The position numbers and the translations under genes were made by a program. From Catenuloplanes sp. NPDC051500 (GTDB lineage: Bacteria; Actinomycetota; Actinomycetes; Mycobacteriales; Micromonosporaceae), in NCBI RefSeq assembly GCF_044454585.1, contig NZ_JBITDX010000004.1, positions 240,766 through 304,765 on the forward strand: DNA of 64,000 bases, in the 5' to 3' direction. Positions 23,146 through 33,007 of this stretch are shown here, one piece after another (position 1 is the first letter of the stretch; each line of letters opens with the position of its first letter). The notes beneath the pieces were generated by a model. The model worked only from the letters and a program-made list of their open reading frames with translations, made no database searches and had not been told where the DNA came from.

Positions 23146-24335
23146 GCCAGCTCCTCAAGCACCGCGGCCAGCGCCTCGACGCCGGCCTCGCAGTCCTCGT
23201 CGTCCGCGCGTTCGGCGGGTGCGTGCGAGACGCCGCCCGGGTTCCGCACGAACAGCATCACCGTCGGCACGACGCCGGAGAGCACGCCCGCGTCGTGTCC
23301 GGCGCCGGTCGGCAGCACCGGCGTGCCCTCGCCGAGCGTGGTGAGGCAGCGCCGGATGAGCGCGTCCGAGAAGCTGACGTCCCCGGTGGTGGACTCCGCG
23401 GTGATCGTGACAGTGGTGCCGTCCTTTCCGGCCCGGTGCGTGACCTTCGACCCCAGGCCGGACAGCAGCGCGTCAAGTGTCCCGGTGGAGGCGGCCCGTG
23501 CGTCAAGCCAGCCGGTCACCCGGGACGGGATCGCGTTCGTCGCGTTCGGATGCACCGCGACCCGGCCGACAGTGGCGTGCGCGCCGAGCACGCGCGCCTC
23601 CTTGTTCGCGGCAAGCACGGCGAACGCGTAGGTGAGCATCGGATCGTGCCGGTCGCCCATCGGCGTGGTCCCGGCGTGGTTGCCCTCGCCTGTGAAGTCC
23701 ATCCGCCAGCGGCCGTGGGGCCAGATCGACGAGCCGATTCCCACGGGTACGGCGAGCGCCCGGCCCTGCTCGACGTGCAACTCGACGAACGCGTGCATGT
23801 CCCGCAGCCGGTCCGGGTCGGGGCCGAGCCGCGCCGGGTCGAAGTCGTACCCGGCCAGCGCCCTCGCCAGCGTGATGCCGTCCGCGTCGGTGAGCGTGCG
23901 GGCCTTCTCCGCGTCGAAGGCGCCGGTCATCAGCCGCGAGCCGAGGCAGGCGACGCCGAAGCGGGAGCCCTCCTCCTCGGGGAACGCGGCGATCCGGATC
24001 GGCCGGGCCGGTGACACACCCTTCGCGCGCAGCAGGTCGACGGCGAGGAAGGCGGAGACGATGCCGAGCGGACCGTCATAGGCGCCGCCGTGCGGGACGG
24101 AGTCGAGGTGGCTGCCGGTCACCACCGCGGGCCCGGTCGCGCCGCCCGGATTCCAGGTGGCCCACATCGTGGTGTTGCCGTCGACCTCGAACTCCAGGTC
24201 ACGGCTCCTCGCCTGAGCGCGGAACCAGGTGCGGAGCTCCCACTCCACAGGCGTCCACGCGAACCGGACATATCCGGTTTGCGCCCCGCCGCCGACATCC
24301 GAAATTTCGTGCCAAAGGTCGGTAAAGGCGCTCAC
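23136..24335 (-). CDS. M20-family Zn-dependent amidohydrolase (allantoate amidohydrolase / N-carbamoyl-amino-acid hydrolase type), a likely N-formylglutamate-processing step
   Basis: [20 protein letters not shown] and [11 protein letters not shown] motifs. GTGA overlap with the hutU stop. Streptomyces hut clusters have the same hutU-M20-hutF-hutI order. Confidence 0.75.
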   Translation of the reverse strand: MSAFTDLWHEISDVGGGAQTGYVRFAWTPVEWELRTWFRAQARSRDLEFEVDGNTTMWATWNPGGATGPAVVTGSHLDSVPHGGAYDGPLGIVSAFLAVDLLRAKGVSPARPIRIAAFPEEEGSRFGVACLGSRLMTGAFDAEKARTLTDADGITLARALAGYDFDPARLGPDPDRLRDMHAFVELHVEQGRALAVPVGIGSSIWPHGRWRMDFTGEGNHAGTTPMGDRHDPMLTYAFAVLAANKEARVLGAHATVGRVAVHPNATNAIPSRVTGWLDARAASTGTLDALLSGLGSKVTHRAGKDGTTVTITAESTTGDVSFSDALIRRCLTTLGEGTPVLPTGAGHDAGVLSGVVPTVMLFVRNPGGVSHAPAERADDEDCEAGVEALAAVLEELACR

Positions 24336-25954
24336 GAGGCGGCCATCGGGATCTTCACGCCGCGCTCGTCGGCCACCGCGTTCGCCTCCGGGTAGCCCGC
24401 GTCCACGTGCCGGATCACGCCCATCCCCGGATCGTTCGTCAGCACCCGCCGGATCTTCTCGCCGGCCAGCGCGGACCCGTCCGCAACGCACACCTGCCCC
24501 GCGTGAAGCGACCGCCCGATCCCCACACCGCCGCCGTGGTGCAACGACACCCAGGACGCACCGCTCGCGGTGTTGAGCAGCGCGTTGAGCATCGGCCAGT
24601 CCGCGATCGCGTCCGAACCGTCGCGCATCGCCTCGGTCTCCCGGTACGGCGACGCCACCGACCCGCAGTCCAGGTGGTCACGGCCGATCACCAGCGGCGC
24701 GCTCACCTCGCCGGACGCCACCATGTCGTTGAACCGCACGCCGGCCTGATCGCGCTCGCCGTACCCCAGCCAGCAGATCCTGGCCGGCAACCCCTGGAAC
24801 GCCACGCGCTCCCCGGCCAGCTTGATCCACCGGGCCAGCGACTCGTTCTCCGGGAACAGGTCAAGCACCGCCCGGTCCGTGGCCGCGATGTCCGCCGGGT
24901 CGCCGGAGAGCGCGGCCCACCGGAACGGGCCCTTACCCTCGCAGAACAGCGGCCGGATGTAGGCAGGCACGAACCCGGGGAAGTCAAACGCGCGCGGATA
25001 GCCGCCGAGCTGCGCCTCGCCGCGGATCGAGTTGCCGTAGTCGAACACCTCCGCACCCGCGTCCAGGAACCCGACCATCGCCTCCACGTGCGCGGCCATC
25101 GACGCGCGGGCCCGCTCGGTGTGCTCCTCGTCGGTCTTCGGCGGCTCGTCCCCGAGCGGCACGTAGGAGAGCGGGTCGTGCGCGGACGTCTGATCCGTCA
25201 CGATGTCGATCTCGACGCCGCGGCGCAGCAGCTCAGGGAAGACGTACGCCGCGTTCCCGGCCACGCCGATCGAGACGGCCTTCCGTTCCCGCTTGGCCGC
25301 CAGCGCCAGCGCCACGGCTTCGTCCAGGTCCGAGGCGACCTGATCGAGATAACGCGTCTGGACCCGCCGGTGCAGCCGCGCCGGGTCCACGTCCACGATC
25401 AGGCACACGCCGCCGTTCATGGTCACCGCGAGCGGCTGTGCCCCGCCCATGCCGCCGCACCCGGCCGTCAGCGTCAGCGTGCCGGCAAGCGTGCCGCCGA
25501 ACCGCTTCGCCGCCACGGCCGAGAACGTCTCGTAGGTGCCCTGCAGGATTCCCTGCGTGCCGATGTAGATCCACGAGCCGGCCGTCATCTGCCCGTACAT
25601 GGTCAGCCCGAGCTTCTCCAGCCGCCGGAACTCCGGCCAGGTCGCCCAGTCGCCGACCAGGTTCGAGTTCGCAAGCAGCACGCGCGGCGCCCACTCGTGC
25701 GTCCGGAACACGCCCACCGGACGCCCGGACTGCACAAGCAGCGTCTCGTCGTCCGCCAGCTCACCCAGCTCGCGCACGATCGCGTGATAGGACGGCCAGT
25801 CCCGCGCCGCCTTCCCGGTCCCGCCGTAGACGACAAGATCCTCCGGCCGCTCCGCCACGTCCGGATCGAGGTTGTTCATCAGCATCCGCATCGCGGCCTC
25901 CTGCGGCCAGCCCTTCGCGGTGCGGGTGGTGCCCCGTGGCGCCCTGATCGACAT
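24332..25954 (-). CDS. hutU: urocanate hydratase
   Basis: 540 aa with a [11 protein letters not shown]-binding loop and the highly conserved urocanase core. Confidence 0.9.
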   Translation of the reverse strand: MSIRAPRGTTRTAKGWPQEAAMRMLMNNLDPDVAERPEDLVVYGGTGKAARDWPSYHAIVRELGELADDETLLVQSGRPVGVFRTHEWAPRVLLANSNLVGDWATWPEFRRLEKLGLTMYGQMTAGSWIYIGTQGILQGTYETFSAVAAKRFGGTLAGTLTLTAGCGGMGGAQPLAVTMNGGVCLIVDVDPARLHRRVQTRYLDQVASDLDEAVALALAAKRERKAVSIGVAGNAAYVFPELLRRGVEIDIVTDQTSAHDPLSYVPLGDEPPKTDEEHTERARASMAAHVEAMVGFLDAGAEVFDYGNSIRGEAQLGGYPRAFDFPGFVPAYIRPLFCEGKGPFRWAALSGDPADIAATDRAVLDLFPENESLARWIKLAGERVAFQGLPARICWLGYGERDQAGVRFNDMVASGEVSAPLVIGRDHLDCGSVASPYRETEAMRDGSDAIADWPMLNALLNTASGASWVSLHHGGGVGIGRSLHAGQVCVADGSALAGEKIRRVLTNDPGMGVIRHVDAGYPEANAVADERGVKIPMAAS

Positions 25955-26006
25955 GCGAAGTCAACCTCCAGATCAAGATCTTGCTTTGGTACGGGGGGAG
26001 CTTCTA

Positions 26007-26849
26007 CTAGGGGGCGAAGATCTGCCTGCGCGCCGCGGAGGCCTCGAACTCCTCCAGCCGGCGTTGGGTCTCGTCCGGCGCCGCGTCGCAGATCGCCTGC
26101 AGCAGCACCATGGCCAGCGTCATCGGCGCGGTATGCAGGTCGAAGACCAGCCCGGCCCCGACGCGCGCGGTGAGCACGACGTCTGCCGTCTCGGCCGCCG
26201 GGCTGACCGGCGAATCCGTGATCACCACGGTCCGCAGGCCAAGTGCGCGCGCTTCGGCCAGCGCATCAAGCGTCTCGCGGGGATATCGGGGCAGCACAAT
26301 CGCCAGCATGGCGCTCGCACCGGCGGCCCGTGCCTGTTCCAGCCGATCGGTCAGCAGCGTGCCGCCGGTGTCCAGCACCCGCACGTCCGGCAGCACCTTC
26401 GCCGCGAAGAACCCGAAGTACGCGGCGAGCGGCGCCGCGGCCCGCAGGCCCACCACCGGCAGCGGCCGGGAGGCGGCAAGCAGTGTGCCCGCCCCGGTGA
26501 GCGCGTCCCCGTCGGCGAGGTCCCCGGCCAGCCGTTCCAGATTCGCCATCTCCTGACGTACCGCATGCTGCACTTCGTTGGTGTCGTCCCGCCCCGCCCC
26601 GGCGGGGGAGTCGACCGAGGCCTCGCGCAGCAGCTGCCGTAACGCCGGGTAACCGTCATGGCCGAGCGCCATCGCGAACCGGGTCACCGACGGCTGGCTG
26701 ACACCGGCCAGATCCGCCACCTCGGCCGCGGACAGCCAGGCGGCCGCGCCCGCGTGCAGCACAAGCGTGTGGGCGATCCGGCGCTGCGTCGGCGTCAGCC
26801 GGACATCGGCGAAGAGCGCGAGCACCCGCTCTGCACTCTTTGTATTCAT
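26007..26849 (-). CDS. RpiR-family transcriptional regulator (HTH_6 + SIS domain), probable hut regulator
   Basis: HTH AEVADLAGVSQPSVTRFAMALG followed by SIS-domain segments. First gene of the minus-strand hut operon. Confidence 0.75.
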   Translation of the reverse strand: MNTKSAERVLALFADVRLTPTQRRIAHTLVLHAGAAAWLSAAEVADLAGVSQPSVTRFAMALGHDGYPALRQLLREASVDSPAGAGRDDTNEVQHAVRQEMANLERLAGDLADGDALTGAGTLLAASRPLPVVGLRAAAPLAAYFGFFAAKVLPDVRVLDTGGTLLTDRLEQARAAGASAMLAIVLPRYPRETLDALAEARALGLRTVVITDSPVSPAAETADVVLTARVGAGLVFDLHTAPMTLAMVLLQAICDAAPDETQRRLEEFEASAARRQIFAP

Positions 26850-26985
26850 GTGCTGATCGTATGCATGAATCCATTCAGAGTCCACCGGCGCCCCGATGAT
26901 CGGATGACGGCGTTCGGGGGACTTTGCCTTAGGTCTCCCTTAGAAACCTGGTGTCGTCACGCACCGTGCGGAAGCATCCGATCTC

Positions 26986-27969
26986 GTGCATGACGAGACG
27001 ACTCTGCTGTCCACCCTCCCCGGCAAACGCCGCCGCCCGAAGTCACCGGTCGCCTGGCTCGCCGCCGCCGGTGTCGCCGCGCTCGGCGGTGTGGTCGGGC
27101 TGGCGCTGATGCTGCAGTCCGGCTCGTCCGCCGCGTGCGCCGCCGCGCTCACCGGCAAGGCCACGTTCTACGACATCGCCGGTGGCGGCGGCAACTGCTC
27201 CTACGACGGCCCGCCCGCCGACCTGCTCCACGTGGCGATGGGCCCCGGCGAGTACGGCGATGCGGCCGCGTGCGGCGGCTACCTGGACGTGACCGGCCCG
27301 AAGGGCAAGGTCAGGGTCAAGGTCGTGGACAAGTGCCCGGAGTGCGCGCAGGGCCACATCGACCTCAGCAAAGAGGCGTTCGCGAAGATCGGCAACCCGG
27401 TCGACGGCATCATCCAGGTCAGCTACGCCTCGGTGGTCAACCCGCCGCTCCCCGGCCCGCTCACCTTCCGGATCAAGGAAGGCGCCTCCCAGTACTGGTT
27501 CTCGGTCCGGATCGACAACACCGGTAACGCGCTCAAGTCCGTCCAGGCGAAGACCGCAGGCGGCAGCTTCGTGACGCTCCAGAAGTACGACTACAACTTC
27601 TGGCAGGCGGACAGCGGGCTCGGCCCCGGCCCGTACACGATCAAGGCCACCGACGTGCAGGGCAACACCGCGACAGTCGACGGCGTCAAGCTGGCCCCCG
27701 GCAGCACCCAGTCCAGTGGCGTGAAGATGTACGGCTCCGGCGCCAACACCGGCTCCGCGTCCGGCGGCGGGGCGGCAGCCGCGGCCGCACCCGCCCCGGC
27801 CAAGGCGACCTCCGCCGCACCGTCGCCGTCGCCGTCGGCCTCCGCGTCGCCGTCCGCCTCGGCCTCCGCGTCCGCCTCGCCCGTGGCCACCGCCTCGGCG
27901 GCTGACGCGCTTGAGGTGCAGCCGCTGGCCGCCACCACGCTCAAGGCCCAGGAGACCGCCTGCGGCTAG
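26986..27969 (+). CDS. secreted bacterial expansin (EXLX/YoaJ-like: DPBB D1 + CBM63-like D2) with a Ser/Ala/Pro-rich C-terminal tail
   Basis: Signal/TM segment, then GKATFYD..GGGNCSY...AACGGYLDVTGPKG.VRVKVVDKCPECAQGHIDLSKEAFAKI (D1), then YWF.V.....G..L......K......F.......W-like (D2), then SPSPSASASPSASASA. Confidence 0.7.
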   Translation: MHDETTLLSTLPGKRRRPKSPVAWLAAAGVAALGGVVGLALMLQSGSSAACAAALTGKATFYDIAGGGGNCSYDGPPADLLHVAMGPGEYGDAAACGGYLDVTGPKGKVRVKVVDKCPECAQGHIDLSKEAFAKIGNPVDGIIQVSYASVVNPPLPGPLTFRIKEGASQYWFSVRIDNTGNALKSVQAKTAGGSFVTLQKYDYNFWQADSGLGPGPYTIKATDVQGNTATVDGVKLAPGSTQSSGVKMYGSGANTGSASGGGAAAAAAPAPAKATSAAPSPSPSASASPSASASASASPVATASAADALEVQPLAATTLKAQETACG

Positions 27970-28012
27970 GCGGACAGGCGGCCCGCGGCTAGCTGCTGTC
28001 CTGGTCGAGTGC

Positions 28013-28558
28013 TCAGCGGAGTGGGAGCCACATGTGGATCTCGTCGCGGTCGTCGCCGGGGGCCACCCGGATGGCGCCCGGCAGGCGGCCGACCTCCTTG
28101 TAGCCGGCGCGCTGGTAGAAGCGCTCGGTGCCGTTACCGGCCCGGACGGTCAGGTGCAGCGCCTCCCAGCCGGAAGCCCGGGCCACCCGCTCCGCCTCGG
28201 CGAGCAGCGCGCGACCGTACCCCCGGCCCTGGGTCGCGGGGTGGATCATCACGCGCTTGAGCGTGCGCCAGTGCATCCGCAGGTGGAACCGGTTACTCGC
28301 GAAGAACAGCAGTCCGACCAGGCGCCCGTCGTCGTGCCCGACAAGCAGCCGGTCCTCGCCGTCCTCGAGCCCCACGAACGTCGCGCGCGCAAGCGCCGCC
28401 ACCGCATCCCGCTCCACCGGCGGCACGAACCCCACGGCCCCGCCCGCCTCCGATGCGGCATGCCACAGGTCGACGATCTCCTCCCGAAGCCGTTCATCCA
28501 GCTCCGGATCCACCCGCCACACCACGCTCATCAGGCTATTTTCATCGCCGCACGCCAT
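28013..28558 (-). CDS. GNAT-family N-acetyltransferase
   Basis: RVMIHPATQGRGYGRALLAEAERVAR (acetyl-CoA binding motif A). The start may be Met-10. Confidence 0.85.
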   Translation of the reverse strand: MACGDENSLMSVVWRVDPELDERLREEIVDLWHAASEAGGAVGFVPPVERDAVAALARATFVGLEDGEDRLLVGHDDGRLVGLLFFASNRFHLRMHWRTLKRVMIHPATQGRGYGRALLAEAERVARASGWEALHLTVRAGNGTERFYQRAGYKEVGRLPGAIRVAPGDDRDEIHMWLPLR

Positions 28559-28640
28559 TGTTCACCCCTGTGGGCACCAAACTGCGACACGCGTCTCTGT
28601 TCTGCGCGTTTCAGTTGCGCATTCCTTCTAGGCTGTCCGC

Positions 28641-29474
28641 GTGACCGACGCATTCAGAAACGACGATGCGGATGTTGAGGAGCGGAAGCTCCGGTTGCGG
28701 GCCGCCCTGGACGATCTGCGGGCCGGCCGCCTCCAACCCGGCGTCGACGTAGCGGCCCCGGGCGAGACGCCCGCGGAGACGTTCGGTGAGGCCGCGGACG
28801 GTCAGGTGCGTGCGGCCGCGAGCGCGGGCCGTCTCGGCCTGCTGGAGATCGACGCCGTCCTGATGCGCCGTGACCTCGACGAACTCGGCACGCTCTGCGC
28901 CTCCGCGATCACCGGCGCGCTGCGCGGGCAGCGTGACGCCGACCCGCTCGCGGGCTCGACGCCGGACCTGGGCGCGCTCGGCGACATGCTGCAGGGCGTG
29001 CAGGCCGAGGGCATGCGCACGATGGCCCGCATCGAGCAGGCGCTCGGCGCGGTCATCGCGGATGTCGGCCCGCGCACCGGCATGGCCGGCGACCCGCGCG
29101 CCGCCGGCCTGGACGATGTGCTCAGCGCGACCGTGGCGGGCCTGCGTGCGGCCGGAGCGGTCACACCTGCGGAAACCGAGCGTCGCGGCCTCGGCGGCGA
29201 CGGCGCGGTGGCGGCAGTTATCGGATCCGGCGGCGTGATCGGGCTGGAGTTAAGCCCGCAACTCTCCCGTGCGCAGTCGCACGAACTCGCGGCGGCCATC
29301 GTGCAGGCCGTGAACGCGGCGCTCACCGAGCCACCGCCGGACACCGCCGCACCTGCCGCCGACCTGACCGGCCTCTCGCGCCGCATGGAAGAGCTGCGCG
29401 ACGCGAGCCTGACGCAGATGACCGCCTACTCGACCGCACTCCGATCGATCATGAACCGAATCGGTGAGCCGTAG
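28641..29474 (+). CDS. tandem YbaB/EbfC-like domain protein
   Basis: Two repeats with the YbaB-like pattern G.V.V.V..G.L..L.ID...L..D.E.L..L...A.N.A (residues around 55-105 and 200-245). GTG start. Confidence 0.55.
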   Translation: MTDAFRNDDADVEERKLRLRAALDDLRAGRLQPGVDVAAPGETPAETFGEAADGQVRAAASAGRLGLLEIDAVLMRRDLDELGTLCASAITGALRGQRDADPLAGSTPDLGALGDMLQGVQAEGMRTMARIEQALGAVIADVGPRTGMAGDPRAAGLDDVLSATVAGLRAAGAVTPAETERRGLGGDGAVAAVIGSGGVIGLELSPQLSRAQSHELAAAIVQAVNAALTEPPPDTAAPAADLTGLSRRMEELRDASLTQMTAYSTALRSIMNRIGEP

Positions 29475-29482
29475 GAGGACTC

Positions 29483-29807
29483 ATGCAGACGTTCCAGGTG
29501 GACCCGGACGGCATGCGCGGTTCCGGCGAAGGCATCCAGACAGCTGTCGGAAACCTCGACGACGCGCTGACCTCATTCGAGAACGAACTGGCCGGGTACG
29601 GCGAACCGTGGGGCGCCGACGACCTCGGCAGCATGCCTGGCCATCGAGATCGCGCAGGCCATCGCGACCGCGGTGGCGACGTTCGGCGCGTCGCTGCTGG
29701 AGATCCCCATCTTCCGCATGCTGACCAAGCTGGTGCTGGACCAGATCTCCGGTTTCGTCGATCCAGGTTCGGACCGCTGGAAAACGGCGTTTCCGCTCAT
29801 TACGTGA
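29483..29807 (+). pseudogene. EspC/WXG100-like small secreted-protein gene with an apparent +1 frame disruption near 29625-29640
   Basis: Frame 1 (MQTFQVDPDGMRGSGEGIQTAVGNLDDALTSFENELAGYGEPWGADDLGS) becomes Arg-rich nonsense after about residue 50. The protein-like continuation (LAIEIAQAIATAVATFGASLLEIPIFRMLTKLVLDQISGFVDPGSDRWKTAFPLIT*) is in the next frame and has no start codon of its own. Combined length is about 108 aa. Confidence 0.45.
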
Positions 29808-29818
29808 TTGGTGTCGAG

Positions 29819-30223
29819 ATGCGCGATTCAATGTCCTTCTACCGCACGTCGGACGGCTTCTTGACGTTTCGGTCGGACACCGGGTTCTTCAAAGATCTCG
29901 GCTCCTGGATGACCAGCGACATCCAGAGCTATGCGCCGGAGTGCCTGGAGTTCCTGGCGATCCTGGAGGATGTCCGCGCCGGGCGGCGGGACACCGAGTC
30001 GATCGAGGGAAATGCGTATCAGGCGATCGTGACCGGCGACGCCGTGCGTGTGCAGAACATGTTCGTCGAGTCGGGGGAGGACTACACCTTTCAGGAGGCC
30101 CACTCGGTGATCATCGACTACTGGAAGTGGCTGACGCCCGAAGCGGAGGATCGCTCCGCGCAGATCGCGGCGTGGACGGCGGAGTTTGGGCGGGAGCATC
30201 CGTGTCTCGGGCATCTCGGATGA
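29819..30223 (+). CDS. hypothetical protein (134 aa)
   Basis: MRDSMSFYRTSDGFLTF...IIDYWKWLTPEAEDRSAQIAAWTAEFGREHP has protein-like composition (F/Y/W/K-rich, low Arg). It is the 3' part of track ORF 29483..30223. Confidence 0.5.
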   Translation: MRDSMSFYRTSDGFLTFRSDTGFFKDLGSWMTSDIQSYAPECLEFLAILEDVRAGRRDTESIEGNAYQAIVTGDAVRVQNMFVESGEDYTFQEAHSVIIDYWKWLTPEAEDRSAQIAAWTAEFGREHPCLGHLG

Positions 30224-30301
30224 GTCGATCTACGGCTTGACGCGTTGTGCCATCATCGTGACTGTTGAAAGCGCAGGTCACATGGGGAGGCTGCTGCCGC
30301 G

Positions 30302-30949
30302 ATGGGCGGATTCATCGATGCCGCGCTGGGTTTTCCGGCGGTGTTGTTCAGCTTCCTGCTCGTAGTGGTGGTCGGGTACTGGCTGTTGGTCATCGTCGGC
30401 GGCGCTGATGTCGACGGGCTGGACGGCGACGGCGGTGAGGCCGGTGAGGTCGGCGGGATTTCCGGCGCGCTGGCCTGGCTTGGCCTCGGCGGCGTACCCG
30501 TGACGGTCATCCTGTCGCTTCTGGTGGCCTTCGCCTGGTTCGTGAGTCTGGCGGGCACTGTGGCACTCGGCACCACCGGCCTGAACGGCGGCCTCATGAT
30601 CGCGTTGTCCGTGGGGGTGCTGGTCGTGGCGCTTGTGGTCGCGTTCGGGCTCACCCGGGTGCTGGCCGGCGTGCTGTCGCGGATCATGCCGATCGGGCCG
30701 CAGCCGTCGCGCGGGGACTTCATGGGCGCCACCTGCGTGATCCGGACGGGGTCGGTGACGGCCACGTTCGGCCAGGCCGAGGTGCATGCGGCGGACGGCT
30801 CGTCCTCGATCATCCAGGTGCGGCAGCCTGGTGCCGAGGTTTTCCGGGCCGGGTCGAAAGCCATCATCTACGACTTCGACACCGTCGGCGAATTCTTCTG
30901 GGTCATGCCGGTCGACGCGGTTCCCGGCATTACCGAACACACCGCGTAA
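30302..30949 (+). CDS. NfeD-like membrane protein (partner of flotillin/SPFH)
   Basis: Multiple TM helices and a C-terminal OB-fold-like segment (GATCVIRTGSVTATFGQAEVHAADGSSSIIQVRQ). RBS GGGGAGG. Lies immediately upstream of flotillin. Confidence 0.75.
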   Translation: MGGFIDAALGFPAVLFSFLLVVVVGYWLLVIVGGADVDGLDGDGGEAGEVGGISGALAWLGLGGVPVTVILSLLVAFAWFVSLAGTVALGTTGLNGGLMIALSVGVLVVALVVAFGLTRVLAGVLSRIMPIGPQPSRGDFMGATCVIRTGSVTATFGQAEVHAADGSSSIIQVRQPGAEVFRAGSKAIIYDFDTVGEFFWVMPVDAVPGITEHTA

Positions 30950-30994
30950 AGCTTTTATCACCCCCACCTTTCTCGTACCGAAAAGGGATTCTCT

Positions 30995-33007
30995 ATGGAT
31001 GTGATCACCACGGGACTCGGTGTGCTGCTCGCCGTTGTCCTGCTCGTCCTCATCGGCATGGTCTTTCTGGTCAGCCGGCTCTTCCGGAAGGTAGAGCAGG
31101 GTAAGGCGCTGATCGTCTCGAAGGTGCGGAAGGTGGATGTCACGTTCACCGGCGCCGTGGTGATGCCGGTGCTGCACAAGGCCGAGATCATGGACATCTC
31201 GGTGAAGACGATCGAGATCGACCGGGCCGGGCACGAGGGCCTGATCTGCCGGGACAACATCCGCGCGGACATCCGGATCACGTTCTTCGTCCGGGTGAAC
31301 AAGACCACCGAGGACGTCATCAAGGTCGCCCAGGCCATCGGTACGGCCCGCGCCTCCGATCAGAACACGCTGCAGGAGTTGTTCAGCGCGAAGTTCTCCG
31401 AGGCGCTGAAGACGGTCGGCAAGCAGCTGGACTTCGTCGACCTGTACACGAAGCGCGACGAGTTCCGTGACCAGATCATCGCGGTGATCGGCACCGACCT
31501 CAACGGGTACAGCCTCGAGGACGCGGCGATCGACTTCCTGGAGCAGACGCCTGTCTCCCGCCTCGACCCGAAGAACATTCTCGACGCGCAGGGCATCCGG
31601 AAGATCACCGAGCTGACCGCGGTCGAGGCCGTGAAGACGAACGAGTTCCAGCGCACCGAGGAGAAGGAGATCACCCGGCAGAACGTGGACGCCCGGGAGA
31701 CCATCCTCGAGCTGCAGCGCCGCCAGGCCGAGGCGGAGATCCGCCAGAAGCGCGAGATCGAGACGATGCGCGCCCGCGAGGAGGCCGAGACCGCCAAGGT
31801 GTACGCGGAGGAGCGGCTGCGCTCCCGGACCGCGGATCTGCGCACCGAGGAGCAGCTGGGCATCCAGTCGGAGAACCAGGCCCGGGAGATCGCGGTCGCG
31901 GCGAAGAACCGCGAGCGGGTCATCGCGATCGAGACCGAGCGGATCGAGAAGGACCGCATGCTTGAGGTCATCTCCCGGCAGCGCGAGACCGAGCTCTCCA
32001 CGATCTCCAAGGACAAGGAGGTCGAGGGCGAGCGGCGGGCCATCGCCGAGGTTGTCAGGGAGCGGATCGCGGTCGAGAAGACCGTGGCCGAGCAGGAGGA
32101 GAACATCAAGCGGCTGCGCGTGGTCGAGGAGGCCGAGCGCACCCGCCAGGCGGTGATCATCAACGCCGAGGCCGAGGCGCAGGAGGTCCTGGTCAAGAAC
32201 ATCAAGGCGGCGGAGGCGTCCGAGGCGGCCGCGAAGTTCAAGGCCCGCGAGGAGCTGGTGCTGGCCGAGGCCCGGCAGCAGGCCGCCGAGCTGGACACCC
32301 GCGCCCGGATCCGGCTCGCCGAGGCGGCCCAGGCCACCGCGGCCGCCGAGGGTCTGGCCGAGGTCCAGGTCCGCGAGCGCAACGCGGAGGCGATCGAGAA
32401 GGTCGGCCGCGCCGAGGCGATCGTCGACCGGGAGAAGGCCCTGGCCGGCGCGGACGCGCTGCGCGAGAAGCTGAAGGGCGAGGCCGAGGGTCTCACCGAG
32501 AAGGCCGCCGCGATGGCCGCGCTGACCGACGCGTCCCGCGACCACGAGGAGTACCGGCTGCGTCTTGAGGCGGAGAAGGAGATCCGGCTGGCCGGCATCG
32601 ACGTGCACCGGCAGGTGGCGGAGGCACAGGCGATGGTGGTCGCGGCAGGTCTGGAGAAGGCAAACATCGACATCGTCGGCGGGGACAGCGTCTTCTTCGA
32701 CAAGCTGCTCGGCTCGATCACGCTCGGCAAGAGCATCGACGGGTTCATGGCGAATTCCGAGGTGGCTCAGTCGCTCGTCGCGCCGTACGCGAACGGCAAC
32801 GGCAACCTCCCCGCGGACCTGGGCAAACTGCTCGGCTCGATGTCCACGGCCGACGTGTCGAACCTGACGCTGTCCGCGTTCCTGATCCAGCAGATGAAGT
32901 CCGCGAGCAGCGCTGACGAGGCGAAACTGCGTGAGTTGCTGGAGAGCGCGCGCCGCCTCGGCGTGGCGGACAAGTCCGTCGCCGAGCTGACCCCGGCCGC
33001 GAAGTGA
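30995..33007 (+). CDS. flotillin-family SPFH/band-7 protein
   Basis: N-terminal TM segment, an SPFH domain, and a long EA-rich coiled-coil (flotillin domain). 670 aa. Confidence 0.85.
   Translation: MDVITTGLGVLLAVVLLVLIGMVFLVSRLFRKVEQGKALIVSKVRKVDVTFTGAVVMPVLHKAEIMDISVKTIEIDRAGHEGLICRDNIRADIRITFFVRVNKTTEDVIKVAQAIGTARASDQNTLQELFSAKFSEALKTVGKQLDFVDLYTKRDEFRDQIIAVIGTDLNGYSLEDAAIDFLEQTPVSRLDPKNILDAQGIRKITELTAVEAVKTNEFQRTEEKEITRQNVDARETILELQRRQAEAEIRQKREIETMRAREEAETAKVYAEERLRSRTADLRTEEQLGIQSENQAREIAVAAKNRERVIAIETERIEKDRMLEVISRQRETELSTISKDKEVEGERRAIAEVVRERIAVEKTVAEQEENIKRLRVVEEAERTRQAVIINAEAEAQEVLVKNIKAAEASEAAAKFKAREELVLAEARQQAAELDTRARIRLAEAAQATAAAEGLAEVQVRERNAEAIEKVGRAEAIVDREKALAGADALREKLKGEAEGLTEKAAAMAALTDASRDHEEYRLRLEAEKEIRLAGIDVHRQVAEAQAMVVAAGLEKANIDIVGGDSVFFDKLLGSITLGKSIDGFMANSEVAQSLVAPYANGNGNLPADLGKLLGSMSTADVSNLTLSAFLIQQMKSASSADEAKLRELLESARRLGVADKSVAELTPAAK

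Noticed and set aside
24407-26173. 588-aa + strand ORF antisense to hutU
   Set aside because: Arg/Pro-rich artefact; hutU on the minus strand is unambiguous.
30278-32608. 776-aa minus-strand ORF antisense to NfeD/flotillin
   Set aside because: Leu/Arg/Gly/Asp low-complexity translation generated by the GAG/GCC-rich coiled-coil coding sequence on the other strand.
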